This document shows positions 1 through 10,816 of a stretch of DNA of 64,000 bases, in pieces. Where the stretch lies: NCBI GenBank assembly GCA_000002435.2, contig CM018791.1. One strand, 5' to 3'. Made by a program: the position numbers and the translations under genes. Every line of letters begins with the position of its first letter. The first letter of the stretch is position 1. The DNA is from Giardia intestinalis. Lineage: Eukaryota. A model generated the notes under the pieces. It worked only from the letters and a program-made list of their open reading frames with translations, made no database searches and had not been told where the DNA came from.

Positions 1-1558
1 TGCACTTGGATTCCGACTCGCAGACTGCGCAGTTGCCGAGCGTGCACGCCACGCACCTCGAGACGCCGCCCACGGTGGCCTTGTAGTACCCGGCGGAGGC
101 CAGGCAATCCTTCACGCACAGACCGTGGGGATCGAGGCTGTGGTCATCGGCACACTTTGTGCACACGTCTCTGTCCTCGCACGTGTCGCAGTTGGGGTCC
201 TTGCACTTGGTTGCCACGCACTGACTGCCGGAGAGTGTGTAGCCATACTTGCACCTCTTACAGCTCGACTCGTCGCACTCAGCGCAGTTCTCCACCGCGC
301 ACCCGACACACTTCCCGTCCTTCAGATAGGACCCGTCATCGCACGCGCAGCTGTGGATCGAGGATGAGGACCCCTGTATGCCCTTCTGCCCCTTGGGACA
401 GCTGGCCAGGCAGCTCCTCTTATCCAGGCTCAGGTAGAGGTCGCGGCACTCCAGACACTGAAGACTACTGTCCTTCATCTCACACCTTTGGCATCCCTCT
501 ATTCCCCCGTTGGCTGAGTCCCCGCAGCGCCAGCATCTGCTATTCTTGGTGAACACCTCCTTGATTGAACTGTTACATGTGGTGCAAACGTTTTCTTGCA
601 CTGTCTGACAAACCCGAGACCCTGCTTGATCCGGAGCATCTTTAAATAAGTAGCATCCACCATAAAACAAGAAATATTGCCTGTTGCTATCATTCTTACA
701 AGATGTACATTTTCCTGTTTCAGGATCTTTTGTACAAATATTATCAAGTTTGCTGATTGACCTACAGAGGCCATTCAGAGGCGCTTCTGATGAATTGGCG
801 CATTGTGTGCACAACGATTGTCCCTGTATATCTATAGTATTTCTTGATAAACAGATACTGTTACCAATTATACTATCTGCGGTATAACACCCAAACCGAC
901 TCCAGACGTAACCCCTAGGACAAAAGTAACAATAGCCGAGCTCGAGTCCCTTAACAGACCTACATCGAAAATCAAAAGGGCACATAAATCGTTCTGAGCA
1001 TTCGCTACAGCTGGGTATAGTGTTCCCTGGCAACCTATGTTGGTTACAGTACTGACACCTATATACACCACTACTCCCGCCAAAGCCTACTATATCTCCG
1101 CAGTAGATACAGCGTTCAGGAGAGGTGGTATTAGGGTTGGTAAAAGTTATTGGAGTATAATATATACTTCCCTTTCCGCACTCTTGACAAATCCCATTTT
1201 CTGCACGATCGCAGATACTTGCTTTCCATCTGCCAGACAATTCATAGCAGCCACCGTAAAATAAGAAGTAACCATTGCTACATCCTGTGCACCATCCACC
1301 TTTCGGCGATTTAATACAACCGGCTTTATTAACTTTTTCATCCGTAGTAGCAACACATGTGCCATTGATGGGAACATAATCCTGGCTACACTCTGTGCAA
1401 AAGAAAGTAGTTAAGTCCATTAGGCATCTATCCTGAAGACACTGTGGGATCCTGCCTTCACAAGAATACCCAAAGCCATTGTAGTATACAAACGTCTCCT
1501 CAGAGAAAGACCCTGCCAGAAAACAAGTCAGAATCATGAACAGCGAAGCCAAAGTCAT
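1..1558 (-). CDS. Partial (5' portion) cysteine-rich surface protein of the VSP / high-cysteine-membrane-protein type. It starts at the ATG at 1558 with a signal peptide (MTLASLFMILTCFLAGSFS), then CXXC/CXC-rich repeats. The 3' end lies beyond the window start.
   Basis: Manual reverse-strand translation from 1558 runs to position 1 without a stop. The ORF track does not list it because it has no in-window stop. It has dozens of CXXC motifs (e.g. CTECS, CTGCS, CQEC, CIYC, CSEC, CAEC, CKRC, CDTC, CTKC, CVAC) and GGCY repeats. Confidence 0.7.
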   Translation of the reverse strand, partial: MTLASLFMILTCFLAGSFSEETFVYYNGFGYSCEGRIPQCLQDRCLMDLTTFFCTECSQDYVPINGTCVATTDEKVNKAGCIKSPKGGWCTGCSNGYFLFYGGCYELSGRWKASICDRAENGICQECGKGSIYYTPITFTNPNTTSPERCIYCGDIVGFGGSSGVYRCQYCNQHRLPGNTIPSCSECSERFMCPFDFRCRSVKGLELGYCYFCPRGYVWSRFGCYTADSIIGNSICLSRNTIDIQGQSLCTQCANSSEAPLNGLCRSISKLDNICTKDPETGKCTSCKNDSNRQYFLFYGGCYLFKDAPDQAGSRVCQTVQENVCTTCNSSIKEVFTKNSRCWRCGDSANGGIEGCQRCEMKDSSLQCLECRDLYLSLDKRSCLASCPKGQKGIQGSSSSIHSCACDDGSYLKDGKCVGCAVENCAECDESSCKRCKYGYTLSGSQCVATKCKDPNCDTCEDRDVCTKCADDHSLDPHGLCVKDCLASAGYYKATVGGVSRCVACTLGNCAVCESESKC

Positions 1559-3135
1559 GAAGCTATTATTCTTTATTGGATACCTATGAAAGTTGCACAC
1601 TAATCCGAGTCAGTCACTGAAAGCCTTGGCTTAGAATTACAACTGTCAGAGTAATACCCCTTGTACTTCTTACAGACAGACTACAGACGGCAGACCCATG
1701 GAAGGGCTCACTCTACTTACACTAATCATCGACTCACACGGCGACCTGAGTAACCTGTAATCTGGCTCTGCAATGAAACAGTTAGGCGATCTGTTTGTCT
1801 CCGCTCTCAAGCGGAATTGCCTAATTCAAAATTACTAACATACGCTTCAAAGTTTTGCAGGACTTACAGTACAGAAAACTCATTGGGAACATGTTCCGAG
1901 CAAACACGTTCGATAAACAACCACCTCGCAAAGGACTCTCTGTTGTCAAGGAGATCCTCTCGAGGTCTATGAGTGGGGTGACTGTAAGCGAGCTCCTTGA
2001 AGAATGGCCATTTTCAGGCGCCTGTCCATCCCCTTACCCCGATGTTCTGGGAGCCAACATCAGTCATATCTTCGTTGAGCAAGGGCACTGTGGAGGGGAC
2101 TCTGCAGGGCCTAACGAGCGTTCGGAGGTGCAGCAGAACAACGACGAGACACGGTATGCCATCGCATAAGCACTAAGATCTCGCTGACCTGTGCACTGAA
2201 GGATGCAGGCCATCCGAGTCCTTCTCCGTATGCAATCGTAGCCTGCTGCTTTCGTCGGTGTTTGTCATCCACGAGGGCCCTTATTACCCGAAGCCCTAGA
2301 GCCCTGAGGTCGTACTGCGGCAAGCATCTGCTCTACAGGTGCTGACGTACAGGCCACTTTACTTTATTACTGACAATCGGAGAATACTTCAACATGGTTT
2401 GTTCAGAGACGCCAGGAATACAACCAAGTACCTTGCCGACAAACACAGCATCCAGCCCCAGAAGAACATCTAGTCCTCCTGAGGCACGATGCGGCCATGT
2501 TTGTCTTCTGCTGGTACCGGGCCCAAACGGACAGCCTGCTTACTGAAGAAGAACGTATGCAGTTAGACACCTTTGAAGGCCTGGCCTGCCTTAGCAACCC
2601 AATTCACTGCAGAGTGCCCTTTGCTGCTCCCCGCCCCCAATGCACGGAGATTTAATCAAGCGTGATGATTCACTCCACCCGCCGGCCATGCCCAGCCCTG
2701 GCTGCGGGCGTCTCACTCAAGTCCTGGGCATCCTGGTGGGCGCGGGCCTCCGCAGCCCTTTTCAGCAATGCTCCCACCTGTCGCGGCGGCAGCTGTCGGC
2801 CTCTGGCTCACCGGCTGGGGCCGCCCCTCCGCGAGGAGCTCTGCGACGTCCCTGTTCCCCGCCTGCGCAGCGAGCAGCAGGGCCCTGCGGCCGTCGGCGC
2901 CCTCCCTCTCGTGCTCTGCGGGGCGGGGATCCGGGCCACCCTGGGGCGGTTCCCGTGGGCGCGTGCATGAGGCCGTCACCCCCTACTCGTCACGTTTGCT
3001 GATGCCAATCCCTCTTCAAGTAGTGTCCGGACGGTCTCTGTGTTGTTTGTGTGCAGCGCGCATCAGCCTGAGGAAGACTGCAGGGGTCGGCCGCTCCATC
3101 CTGTCACTAAGCTGCATGACCTTGGCCTCTAGCCT

Positions 3136-4283
3136 TCACGTGGCCAGATGCCCTTTACCCTGATCCTCGAGAGTGCCCTTAAGAGAGGCAGTCTCAGCAG
3201 ACCTGGCGTCGAGGGCCGCCTCAAGAGTAGTAATCCTGTCCAGCTTGGTCTTGGCATCCTCCTCCAGAAGTGTAATCCTGGCGTTAGCACTGTTCAGAGT
3301 AGTCTCCAAGGCGCCGCACTTGTACCTCAGCATCACGCACTGACCCCCCAGCTCACTAACTGGGATGTCGAATGTAGCGAGCGTCTCGTGCAGCTCCCTG
3401 GCCGTCGGCCTCCTCTCTGGCTCCAGCACGAATATCCTCTCCAGAACATTCTGCATGAAGCCATCAGTGACATCGCTCAGGTCCGGCCTCCACCCGTCAC
3501 GAAGACCTCTGCTGGCTCCTTGCCCCCCAGGAAGTCCAGCCTCCTCAGAGTAGTAAGCTCGTAGAGGATGACCCCGAGGCTCCACACGTCGGAGGCGGGG
3601 CTGGACTCATTACGGAGGAGCACCTCGGGGGCCATGTATACTGCCACTCCCATGAGAGTGCTCTCACTCCACAGGGCGTCCTTGCAGAGGCCGAGGCCAG
3701 CGATGATGAAGCGCTCTCCGTCTGCGCTGATAAATATGTTGGCAGGCCTGAGGTCACAGTGGACAAGCCCCCTATTGTTTGCCCCATTGACGCCGTGGAG
3801 GTAGGCGAGGGCGGCAGCGACCTGCTTCATGGCGGAGAGGATCATAGCGATAGGGACGAGGTTCTTCCTTCGCTTGTGCTCGGCGAGGAGGTTGTCAAGA
3901 GTCCTGCTGTGGCGGTCCGTGACGACGTAGATGAGGCCCTCGTCTTCAATCACTTGATGATACTTGAGGACCCCTGGATGGGAGAGGTCGAGAAGGGCGG
4001 TCAGCTCTAGTCTGATGGCATCTGCACTGTTCTTGTCCAGGCCACCGAGCTGAATCTCCTCCACGGTGAGGTGGGGGCCTCTCCTGAGAGAGTAGATAAC
4101 ACTGAAGGCATCCTTGCTGAGCATGCTGCCGACCCTGGCTGCTGCGTGCCTCCCCAAGGCTCCAGTCCCAGCCCAGACGCCGCGGACATGCTTTTGGGCA
4201 GGGGGACAGCCTCTCCGCGGGCGGTCCGAGCTGCATCGTAGACTTCGGCCCACGGGATGGCTTATCGCAACGCGCCTGCTCAC
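3136..4283 (-). pseudogene. NEK-like protein kinase with a coiled-coil tail, split over two overlapping ORFs (4283..3477 and 3585..3136). The split is either a real frameshift or a sequencing error. The catalytic loop HCDLRPAN is retained, but DFG is replaced by AGLGL, so it is probably a pseudokinase.
   Basis: The 268-aa ORF has kinase subdomains (VHCDLRPANIF, YMAPEV, SDVWSLGVILYEL). The 149-aa ORF in another frame continues the C-lobe (QNVLERIFVLEPERRPTARELHETLA), followed by a heptad-like TLEAALDARSAETASLKGTLED. Confidence 0.5.
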
Positions 4284-4963
4284 ATAGGTTGAAAGGCTAC
4301 ATTAAATATTTCATCTGCAGTGCTAGGTCTAATTCTGGACGAGATTTCGTCTTAGCTATTCACGCTTCAATTAGAGTTTTACTTGTAGACGATTCATATA
4401 TTTACATATACAATTTGCGTCATTAGACTAGACTATTAACTAGTCTATGCATACGTACACTGCAACATACCGCAATCTGCATAAATTAGCTGGAAAACAA
4501 AATGATCAAAGTAATGCAATCCCTCATAATTCAAGCACAGATGTAAATTTATGGATGGTGCACAGCTCGTATCCGAGTGCGCTGACAAGCTGATAGTAAG
4601 GCTGCTCGTTTTTGTTCTGTAACAAATCGGAGCCTATTAGATCCACACGGGCTGGTAAAGATAATGGGAAGCTTGCTAAGCCCAACTGCCTTACGCTCCA
4701 CATCTCGGTCTGCATATGTTTCTTTGCCCAGCCCAACCTGGAAGTATTCCAACTTAAGCCCGTCCTGAAGTCCATGAGTAAACATCTTCATATGGGGTGT
4801 TTTGACAGATAAAACCTGTCGCATGGGATAGTACGTCAACGGTGGCCGTAAACTTTCACTCATTTCTTGTATTTGCCTGCACTTAACTTGATGGAAACAA
4901 TCACACTGAAATTTTTACCCAGAATTTACTCACCTAGGGCCAGCAAAGGGGCGTAAAAGTGCT

Positions 4964-6169
4964 TTAGAAATGAAAGTCTCCGCCAAATCTCTTAGAGTTA
5001 CGATGGGAGTCCGTCTTCTTTCGCTTTTCATCCTTAGTACTATGGTCTTCTCCGCGCATGCTGCCACGACGACTGCGTCGCTCTGACCTCTTTGCGCCAT
5101 CCTCTGAATCATCATCATCCTTGTCTTTGTCCTTCTTTTTCTTTTCTCCCTTGTCGTCCTTGTCATCCTTGTCGTCGGCATCATCGTCGCCATTTTCGGC
5201 TCCAGAATCAGACCCCTTCTTCTTCCCGTCAGCGTTGGGATTGAGCTCCTTTCCACGCAATTTGTTTTCGTGGTACTTATCGACGTCTATTCCTAGAAGT
5301 GTCCAATCAAATACGTAATCGTAAGAAAATCCTTCGCGTACAAATAGCTCGCGGAAGATCTTCCTCAAATACGCATAGTCAGGCCTATCATCAAACCTGA
5401 GAGCGCGCGTGTAGTGCAGGTACGCGGCAAACTCTGTTGGCTGACCTCGGGTGAGGGACTCGATGGGGCTAGAGAGCTTTTTCTCTAGAATTTTCTCATA
5501 CTTTTGGCGCTTTGTGTTGGCCTTGAGGCCTTGCCAAGGTAAGAAACCGCGTAGGAAGTAAAGGAAGACATACGCCAACGCCTCCAAATCGTCTCTGCGC
5601 GATTGCTCCAGGCCAAGGTGGGTGTTTATAGAACAGTATCTGGCGGTTCCCGTGAGGCTCTTATGCTCTCGATACGGAATATGCGTGTTTCCTACCATGT
5701 AGCGCTTTGCTAAACCAAAGTCTATAATGTAGACCGTTGTCTTGCGCCTCCCAAGACCTATGAGGAAGTTATCAGGCTTAATATCTCTGTGCAGGAAATT
5801 CTTGAGGTGGAGAAATTCGACTCTGGTGATCATCTGGTCTGCTAGCATGAGCACAGTTTTGAGTGAAAAGTGCCTATTGCAAGCTGTGAAGAGATCCTCC
5901 AAGGAGGGACCCAGCAAATCCATGACCAGTACATTGTATTCTCCCTCTGGAGCATAATGGTAAATATACGGTATTCCAACTCCACCCACGAGGATCTTAT
6001 AAAGCTTCGATTCATAGAGCAACTGCGGCGGCTTGGCATCAATTGGCTCTAGTTTGATGGCAACATCTTCTCCTGTTGCCAGATTAACACCGCGGTAGAG
6101 CTCACCGAATGCTCCTCGACCGATGCGATAGTGAAGTTGATATTTCCCTGCTATACGGAGATCGGTCAT
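4964..6169 (-). CDS. CK1: Casein kinase I with an unusual Lys/Asp-rich C-terminal tail.
   Basis: Motifs [50 protein letters not shown] and [13 protein letters not shown] match the CK1 family. The tail reads [27 protein letters not shown]. Confidence 0.9.
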   Translation of the reverse strand: MTDLRIAGKYQLHYRIGRGAFGELYRGVNLATGEDVAIKLEPIDAKPPQLLYESKLYKILVGGVGIPYIYHYAPEGEYNVLVMDLLGPSLEDLFTACNRHFSLKTVLMLADQMITRVEFLHLKNFLHRDIKPDNFLIGLGRRKTTVYIIDFGLAKRYMVGNTHIPYREHKSLTGTARYCSINTHLGLEQSRRDDLEALAYVFLYFLRGFLPWQGLKANTKRQKYEKILEKKLSSPIESLTRGQPTEFAAYLHYTRALRFDDRPDYAYLRKIFRELFVREGFSYDYVFDWTLLGIDVDKYHENKLRGKELNPNADGKKKGSDSGAENGDDDADDKDDKDDKGEKKKKDKDKDDDDSEDGAKRSERRSRRGSMRGEDHSTKDEKRKKTDSHRNSKRFGGDFHF

Positions 6170-6342
6170 CTCGCAAATTGTTTTTTAAATTAAAGACATT
6201 GTACAGGCCGCAGGAAGAGATAACGACTCCGGAAAACCTAGCCAATGGTGGCCTATGTTTATGGCTGGAGTTCTTTTTAACGCTCTTGATGCGCTGTCCT
6301 ATAGAAGAGTCCGGTTCTCTCGCTTTCAAACATTTTTAAGAT

Positions 6343-9300
6343 TTGAGCATGACAGGAACAAGAGCGCAAGCTGCCGAGGTTTTATTGGAGCGTGTCGAGG
6401 CACTTAGGTCACACCTTTCTACACAGTCTTCGAAGGAAACGTTGGTTTTAAGCGAGGACACGACCTCGCTGATAGAGGCTGTGTTTCAGGTTGTGAAGTC
6501 CGGCTTTCCTTTGGGCCCTTGTTTGGTACCTATTTGCTCTCTTCTTGAGGAGCTCCTGACTATCCCCAACTGGATACGTAGACTGACGGCGGCCAGTACT
6601 CTTATTCATGTTGCTAATGAAAACGAACTTGACCACGAGGCGCTCCGCCGTTTTGCTGATCTGCTTTTGACCTTTTTGCATGATGAAAAGCGAGAGCTTC
6701 GTGACATTGGCTCTCTTGCGCTTATGAGTCTTCGCTATGAGCAGCAAGTTAGTGTTGCCAATCATCTTGTTGCTGAACTGGAGCAGAAGGATGGCTCTGT
6801 GTCTGCTCACCTCATTGAAGGAAGTGTTACGTATGCTGGCTACTTTCTTGCACACGCCCCTCGCGATGCTACTAAGGTTGGACTCAACATCCTTATCTTG
6901 TCCTTCGATCCCCAGCACAAGATCACAAATGCTAGCAAGGACTACCTTTACTGGCACGTGGCCAAAGCTCTGACTAAGTATTTAAAAGCCCTCATTTCCA
7001 ATCCCCTTGCAGCTGCAATATTGAACATACCTGTAAGATCTCTTCCAAATCGCGAAGAGAAGGATAAGAAATATCTTGGTGGTACAGTTACTGCTTCTGT
7101 AGCAATTTCTTGGCTTTTGGAGAAGGTTGTCGCATACACTGATGTGCGCTGCCGGAAATCGGCGGCAGAAGCCCTGTCATTATATCTGTACTTGAATTCA
7201 GTGATTTTACAGAGACAATATTTAGATTTACTAAAGGATGCACGTCTTTTCATGGGCGGTAATTTGGTCTGTGATGCGTTTGATCTCTATACTCATGCGT
7301 ATTGCTGTATGCTCACCCATGCCGCAGAGCTTCGGGTATCCATGGCTGATTCCATCAGGAAGCATGACTATGCAGACTATTACCGCTATTTCATTGAGCT
7401 GTATCGTTCCATGTCCGTGGACTTCCCCACGGAAAAGCACCTCTCCGGGATTTATCAAGGGGCTCTCATCAAGGGACTTGTCATGATGGAATATCATGGG
7501 CATAGCACGAAGCTTGTCTACTCTTTCTCTCTTATGAAGCGTCTTCTCGGCAGCACTGCGATGCACTGTATAGATGGAGGTATACTATGCGCCTTGGAGA
7601 TTTTCCGTCACGTGCCTGAATATGTCATGGGTCAAATAGTTGAGGCGCAGCTGTACTTACTTTCAAACCACTCCTCTCTTCCCATTGCTGTTTCAGCCAA
7701 AAAGGCACTCCTTGGAATCCCCGCTGCCCATGAGCCAACGTTTATACTGGGGTATCTGTGGTGTATAATGTCTCGGATAGCGGTAGATAATGCAGACATC
7801 AAGGAAGCAGGGTTTAAGGCCATGTACACCCTTTTCAGCGAGCATAAGGATTATATAGCGAAGCTAAATACTATAAAGGACTCAAAGCTGGTTAATTATT
7901 GCCCGTCACAAGTGCTACTCAATGGTCTTACCTATCAGACAAGTCCACAGGCTAGCCTGGTAGGTAGTGGTAGTGGATCTTCAAATCCAGGGTATGACTT
8001 CATTAGTCTGGCATCAAAGAGGTTAGACGTTCCCGATCTTTTAGCGTTTCTCAAGATTGTCTTCTGTGTAATTGAGCATACGGTACGAGACACTTCGTCT
8101 CCTATGAACGACTATCCTAGAATCTCGGCTGTTAACATGTTAGAGCCACTCCTCGATATCATCCTTCCGATCATCTCACAATATCGAGCCAGTCCACGAA
8201 AGTCACCTCTCATTGTAAAGCGTGCACCAGTCGCGGCTACTGCAGTTGTCGTCGACGTGCCCGTGGAGATCTACACCTTGCTAAGGGGTGTATTCTTGCT
8301 GCTTACCTACACCATCACGGTTCAATCGTTAGCTTCTAGGTCTGCACGTATTGTGGGAAAGCTCTATAGTGTTCTTTATGCTATTCTTTCTGATGACTCT
8401 GGGGATTATTCTGAGAACGTTCACGCCATCAGAGAGCGTATTGCCCCTCTTTATAACTTCGTGCTAATGGCACTATACGTATTAGTGTACAGCTTTAACA
8501 TATATGACGAGGACCTTGCAGAATCAGCCAGAGCGGCTGTTCCAGCGGTCATTGGTTTTCTTAAAATCTTAGTGGTACCAGTTGTTATACTTAAGGACGC
8601 CATTCTCTGCTTGGCCGGCACCATCGCCACAGCAGCTGGAGCTACAGATGAGATAGAGGTATCCGAGATGATCATCAAGAACGTTTCTGGATTCCTAATG
8701 CCAGAAACATCGTTTTGTGATCACACAAAAGAAAGGATTGAGGAGGAAGATACAGGCAGTGAGGGGGCCGAAGATGATGCTTCTCTTAGGATGATCTCAA
8801 AGGAGAACGTTAATGATCTTTCTCGCCAAAAGCTTCATGCCATCCTCTTTGGTCTGGATAACACAGAGGACAGTGAAGGAAGGACGAGGAATGCTATGGA
8901 GGAGAGCACTGACGACGAAGGCGACCTGGTATTAATGGATGGGCTAGCCACCGGTCTTCCACAGGCTGCGCTTACTCTTCTATCTATTCACAATTCTGCA
9001 ATAGACGAGCATTCTGCGTATGCGGAGAGAGATGTTACGGTTGGAATTCTACGAGCTCTCAGAGGTGACGATATTGATGAAGATTACTTGCTTCACGGTA
9101 TTGCATATCTATTTGGTATATACTGTACCATAACCAAAAAGAAACGACTCATTGAGAATTTTATGGCTTTGATAAAGAAGTACGCTGAGGAGGAGCTGCA
9201 AGACACAGTTGTGGGAGGATACGTCGCATCCTTAGACTTCGAGGAGAATTATCCTTTGCTCAACTCATTCTTTAGTGCAGATAATTTCACAATAAACGTG

Positions 9301-9780
9301 TCTCTCTGCGCAGACTACGTCCCCTCTACTGCAACCGTAGCATCTAGAGGCCTCCTGGCCCCCGATTTTACAGTCCTGACATTTTTGTTAGAAAGCTGCG
9401 AAATGAGCTTGGTGGACGAGGAGATAAAGAACTACGCCCTGAAGGCTCTTGATGACCTGCCCGGAAGAGCGCTCACAACAGAATATTGTATTGTCCAGCT
9501 TAACATTCTAAAAGAAAAGCCGAAGGATCAGCGTTGCAGCGAGCTATGCACATTTGTACCTATTCAGTCTGAGAAGATTTTAAACACGAAGGAAGTAGTC
9601 ACTGCTCTCAGCGATTCTCTGCAAGTTTTGTTCTACGGTGATGATATAAATATTAATGTCTATGCCAAAAACGCTCTTCTCACTAAACTTGTAGACACAG
9701 GCGTTCTCTTGCCTGACAAGCCAAAGTTAGATGTCAAGGAGACTAGCGAATTCGATTTCCATAAAATCAATAATTGTTAA
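6343..9780 (+). CDS. Large hypothetical protein (1145 aa), helical/ARM-like in composition, with no recognisable catalytic motif.
   Basis: Long uninterrupted ORF with an AT-rich initiator (acatttttaagatttgagcATG) and AGTGAAT just after the stop. Confidence 0.6.
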   Translation: MSMTGTRAQAAEVLLERVEALRSHLSTQSSKETLVLSEDTTSLIEAVFQVVKSGFPLGPCLVPICSLLEELLTIPNWIRRLTAASTLIHVANENELDHEALRRFADLLLTFLHDEKRELRDIGSLALMSLRYEQQVSVANHLVAELEQKDGSVSAHLIEGSVTYAGYFLAHAPRDATKVGLNILILSFDPQHKITNASKDYLYWHVAKALTKYLKALISNPLAAAILNIPVRSLPNREEKDKKYLGGTVTASVAISWLLEKVVAYTDVRCRKSAAEALSLYLYLNSVILQRQYLDLLKDARLFMGGNLVCDAFDLYTHAYCCMLTHAAELRVSMADSIRKHDYADYYRYFIELYRSMSVDFPTEKHLSGIYQGALIKGLVMMEYHGHSTKLVYSFSLMKRLLGSTAMHCIDGGILCALEIFRHVPEYVMGQIVEAQLYLLSNHSSLPIAVSAKKALLGIPAAHEPTFILGYLWCIMSRIAVDNADIKEAGFKAMYTLFSEHKDYIAKLNTIKDSKLVNYCPSQVLLNGLTYQTSPQASLVGSGSGSSNPGYDFISLASKRLDVPDLLAFLKIVFCVIEHTVRDTSSPMNDYPRISAVNMLEPLLDIILPIISQYRASPRKSPLIVKRAPVAATAVVVDVPVEIYTLLRGVFLLLTYTITVQSLASRSARIVGKLYSVLYAILSDDSGDYSENVHAIRERIAPLYNFVLMALYVLVYSFNIYDEDLAESARAAVPAVIGFLKILVVPVVILKDAILCLAGTIATAAGATDEIEVSEMIIKNVSGFLMPETSFCDHTKERIEEEDTGSEGAEDDASLRMISKENVNDLSRQKLHAILFGLDNTEDSEGRTRNAMEESTDDEGDLVLMDGLATGLPQAALTLLSIHNSAIDEHSAYAERDVTVGILRALRGDDIDEDYLLHGIAYLFGIYCTITKKKRLIENFMALIKKYAEEELQDTVVGGYVASLDFEENYPLLNSFFSADNFTINVSLCADYVPSTATVASRGLLAPDFTVLTFLLESCEMSLVDEEIKNYALKALDDLPGRALTTEYCIVQLNILKEKPKDQRCSELCTFVPIQSEKILNTKEVVTALSDSLQVLFYGDDININVYAKNALLTKLVDTGVLLPDKPKLDVKETSEFDFHKINNC

Positions 9781-9844
9781 TCCTCCATCCAGAAAAGTGA
9801 ATGTAATAATTATAAATCAAAAAATTCGGTCAACACTCTTTTTC

Positions 9845-10759
9845 ATGGCAGACGTTTTTGAGTTACACGTCTATTTCGACGACAACTACTTCTTCATATC
9901 TAGAGCAAGGTCCGGCATCACTGTAGATGAGTATTGTCGTCAGCTGGAATTCGAATATTCCCTTTTGTTTACAGAACATGTTTCAATCTTTGGTATTCAG
10001 GACGCCGATCACGCTGATCTACCCGTCACCGCAACTCTATCCCACGTCATTACAGATAACAGTGCTATTTTCCCAATACGGTCAGTCGTAACATGCAGCC
10101 CAACGCGCTTAGCAATTCAGCTTTTGACCCTCCCCCACATCGGACAGCTGGACGCAATGCAACCAAAGGAACATCAGTACAAACACCATAATCCAGATAG
10201 GTGCAAGCCCTATTGCCAGCCACTGGCTCCCTTTGGTTGCTGCAATGAGATATGCACCACCTGCGGAGAGGTAAAGGCTTACTTGGCAACCACCGGCAAC
10301 TACTGCACGCCCTTCTGTTACTCGTCTGAGGTACGGAAGCAGAAGTCACAAAATATGGACTTCTGCTCCATCTGTTTGGGGCGTGTCCGGCAAGGAAAAT
10401 ATGTTAAGAATTGTATGCACCAATGCGCGATCTGTCACCGCCCATGGTTGATTTTGAACAGTGCAGGGGTCTGTCGCACTTGTCACTGCGTGATCACTGG
10501 CTCTTCCTCCAAGCTGGGATCTAAGAAGGACCGTGATCGCTCTATAACCAAGGAACTCATCAAACGGTCCGACAAGAGGGAGGAGAAGTCATCCTTCAAG
10601 CCAAACCCTATCGTCGTTGTGGGTGAAGGAGCGATTGACCCTTACAGTCTCTCAGAGGTCCGCGAAAGTCGGCGTCTGAGCCAGGAGATTGTCAAGGGTG
10701 GTTATGGAGACCTCTCACGTGTGGCAAAGCGTGAGGCACTACTAAAGCTGCATGGATAG
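9845..10759 (+). CDS. Hypothetical Cys/His-rich (zinc-finger-like) protein. The ORF track starts it at 9731, overlapping the upstream gene, but the more likely start is the Met at 9845 (MADVFELHVYF).
   Basis: Cys cluster CKPYCQPLAPFGCCNEICTTCGEV...CSICLGRVRQGKYVKNCMHQCAICHRPW...CRTCHC, and a basic C-terminus. Confidence 0.45.
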   Translation: MADVFELHVYFDDNYFFISRARSGITVDEYCRQLEFEYSLLFTEHVSIFGIQDADHADLPVTATLSHVITDNSAIFPIRSVVTCSPTRLAIQLLTLPHIGQLDAMQPKEHQYKHHNPDRCKPYCQPLAPFGCCNEICTTCGEVKAYLATTGNYCTPFCYSSEVRKQKSQNMDFCSICLGRVRQGKYVKNCMHQCAICHRPWLILNSAGVCRTCHCVITGSSSKLGSKKDRDRSITKELIKRSDKREEKSSFKPNPIVVVGEGAIDPYSLSEVRESRRLSQEIVKGGYGDLSRVAKREALLKLHG

Positions 10760-10816
10760 CACAGCTTGCGATCTTAACTCGCGTCTCGAGGCCGAAAACA
10801 GAAGTTAAGTGGACAG

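Noticed and set aside
1855-2169. 104-aa plus-strand ORF in the 1560-2640 gap upstream of the VSP-like gene.
   Set aside because: No motifs and no obvious initiator context, so it may be chance. It is left uncalled, but the 1.1-kb gap itself could hold a small gene or ncRNA.
4549-4863. 104-aa minus-strand ORF in the AT-rich spacer.
   Set aside because: It overlaps two other small ORFs in an AT-rich low-complexity region with no recognisable domain. The evidence is insufficient for a call.
9731-9844. N-terminal 38 codons of the 9731..10759 ORF, which overlap the end of the upstream 1145-aa gene.
   Set aside because: The overlap with the preceding gene's coding end, and the better initiator context at the Met at 9845, make the shorter start more plausible.
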